NCBI GenBank assembly: GCA_039621445.1
Contig: CP154954.1
Coordinates: forward strand, 6,459,425 to 6,523,424
Direction of reading: 5' to 3'
DNA: 64,000 bases
Source: Euglena gracilis
Lineage: Eukaryota
The notes beneath the pieces are model-generated. The model made no database searches. It saw only the letters and a list, made by a program, of their open reading frames with translations, and was not told where the DNA came from. A program made the position numbers and the translations under genes. Positions within the stretch are counted from its first letter, which is position 1; every line of letters begins with the position of its first letter. This document shows, in pieces, positions 62,930 through 64,000 of the stretch.

Positions 62930-63640
62930 GTTTGGCAGGGACACAATGGATTCAGAGCCATCAGTCCCCTCGGAGTCCGCGTCTTCGGCCGTGGTCTCCT
63001 CCCAGGTCAATTGGCTGAAATTAACCGGCAGGGCTTCTGTGGTTGTTCCTTTCTGCAGAGCTGTACGATGCATGTCCTTCAGCAGAGCCCTCAGCACACG
63101 GGTCACCCATGCTGCAGTGCGGGCGTTTCCCAGCTTGGAAATGGCGATCCAGCGTGGAACGTTCCGGAATCTCCCCATGACAATGTTGGCAAAATTGACC
63201 AGACTTCACCCCGTACCATGCGGAGACGTTGCACCTGTTGTGGTTCAGGGCCTCATGTGTCCATGGCAGCCGGAGTCATTGTTGGGAACTCCAAGATGGA
63301 GTATTCCACGAGCGCGCGATCAGGTCCAACCACATGGTGTTTATGTCCAAGTCCTTCCGACCCGTCAGTCCATGATGCTCGCGCAGTTGCGCATGGAAGG
63401 ACTCACAGATGTTTGTCCCTGGGGAGTGGTCTGCAGGAGTTTGACGAAGGGCCACCACGGCTCCCAAATAATCAGCACTGGCATCGCAATAGAAGGTCCA
63501 GACGTTCTTGATGTGCTCAGGCTACAGCAGACCAGTGTGTGTTTCATGGACCATCTGATGACGCACGTCCAGGTGCAGGGTGGTGTCGAGGTCCAAGGCG
63601 GTTCCCATTTTTTGAAACATGGATAAGAAACCCTTCAACG
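62930..63640 (-). pseudogene. Probable decayed Mutator-like (MULE) transposase fragment
   Basis: GTNICESFHAQLR matches the MULE catalytic-Glu motif TNN.xES.H..LK; the surrounding frame has several stops. Confidence 0.5.
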
Positions 63641-64000
63641 TGTCGCCACAGGTGGCCATTGTTGCTGGTGATATAGCCACAAACACCACAACAATTTCAC
63701 TGGCCCACACCGACAATGGCACCCCGATTGTGCTATGTCTTGAGGCGAGGCAACGTCTGCCCCAACCACCCTTTCCGCAGCACACACCTGTCCGTCGGCC
63801 ATCCGAACCCGCTTGGCAGCAGGCGCCTCAGTGGCCATTGCAAGACAAAAGAAGCTGCGAAAGAGGATGCGCACAATGCAACCGACACGTGATTTGTGTG
63901 TGTAAGCATATAAATACATGAATGATGACATGAATGCGATGTTTTCAAACGGAAAGCACTGCCACAGGGACGGACTTCTCCAGAAATGCGCAAAACTGTC

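Overview
Repeat-rich eukaryotic genomic DNA, most likely from a euglenid, judged by its non-GT-AG hairpin-ended introns. (1) 420-10638 (+): 3' part of a host gene for a membrane-anchored choice-of-anchor-A / ice-binding-like surface protein. I spliced it by hand from 10 exons; 7 of its 9 introns are euglenid nonconventional introns with co-varying terminal stems. (2) 15740-32789 (-) and 33020-49594 (+): two complete, related but distinct ~17-kb chromodomain Ty3/Gypsy LTR retrotransposons, inserted head-to-head 220 bp apart, each with its own 5-bp TSD. Both share an unusual plan: TG...CACT LTR ends; an iMet-type PBS; a very large Gag ending in UAG followed by a conserved hairpin in frame with Pol (readthrough); a Dam/DIRS-like N6-adenine methyltransferase domain between protease and RT; and a ~5.5-kb extra sense ORF in the env position, with its own splice acceptor and three conserved Cys/His-rich domains. 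They also share a conserved, structured 3' UTR. (3) Flanks and introns hold microsatellites, hAT-type MITEs with 8-bp TSDs, and decayed non-LTR (RLE), MULE-like and possibly hAT remnants. All calls come from manual reading; no searches were run.
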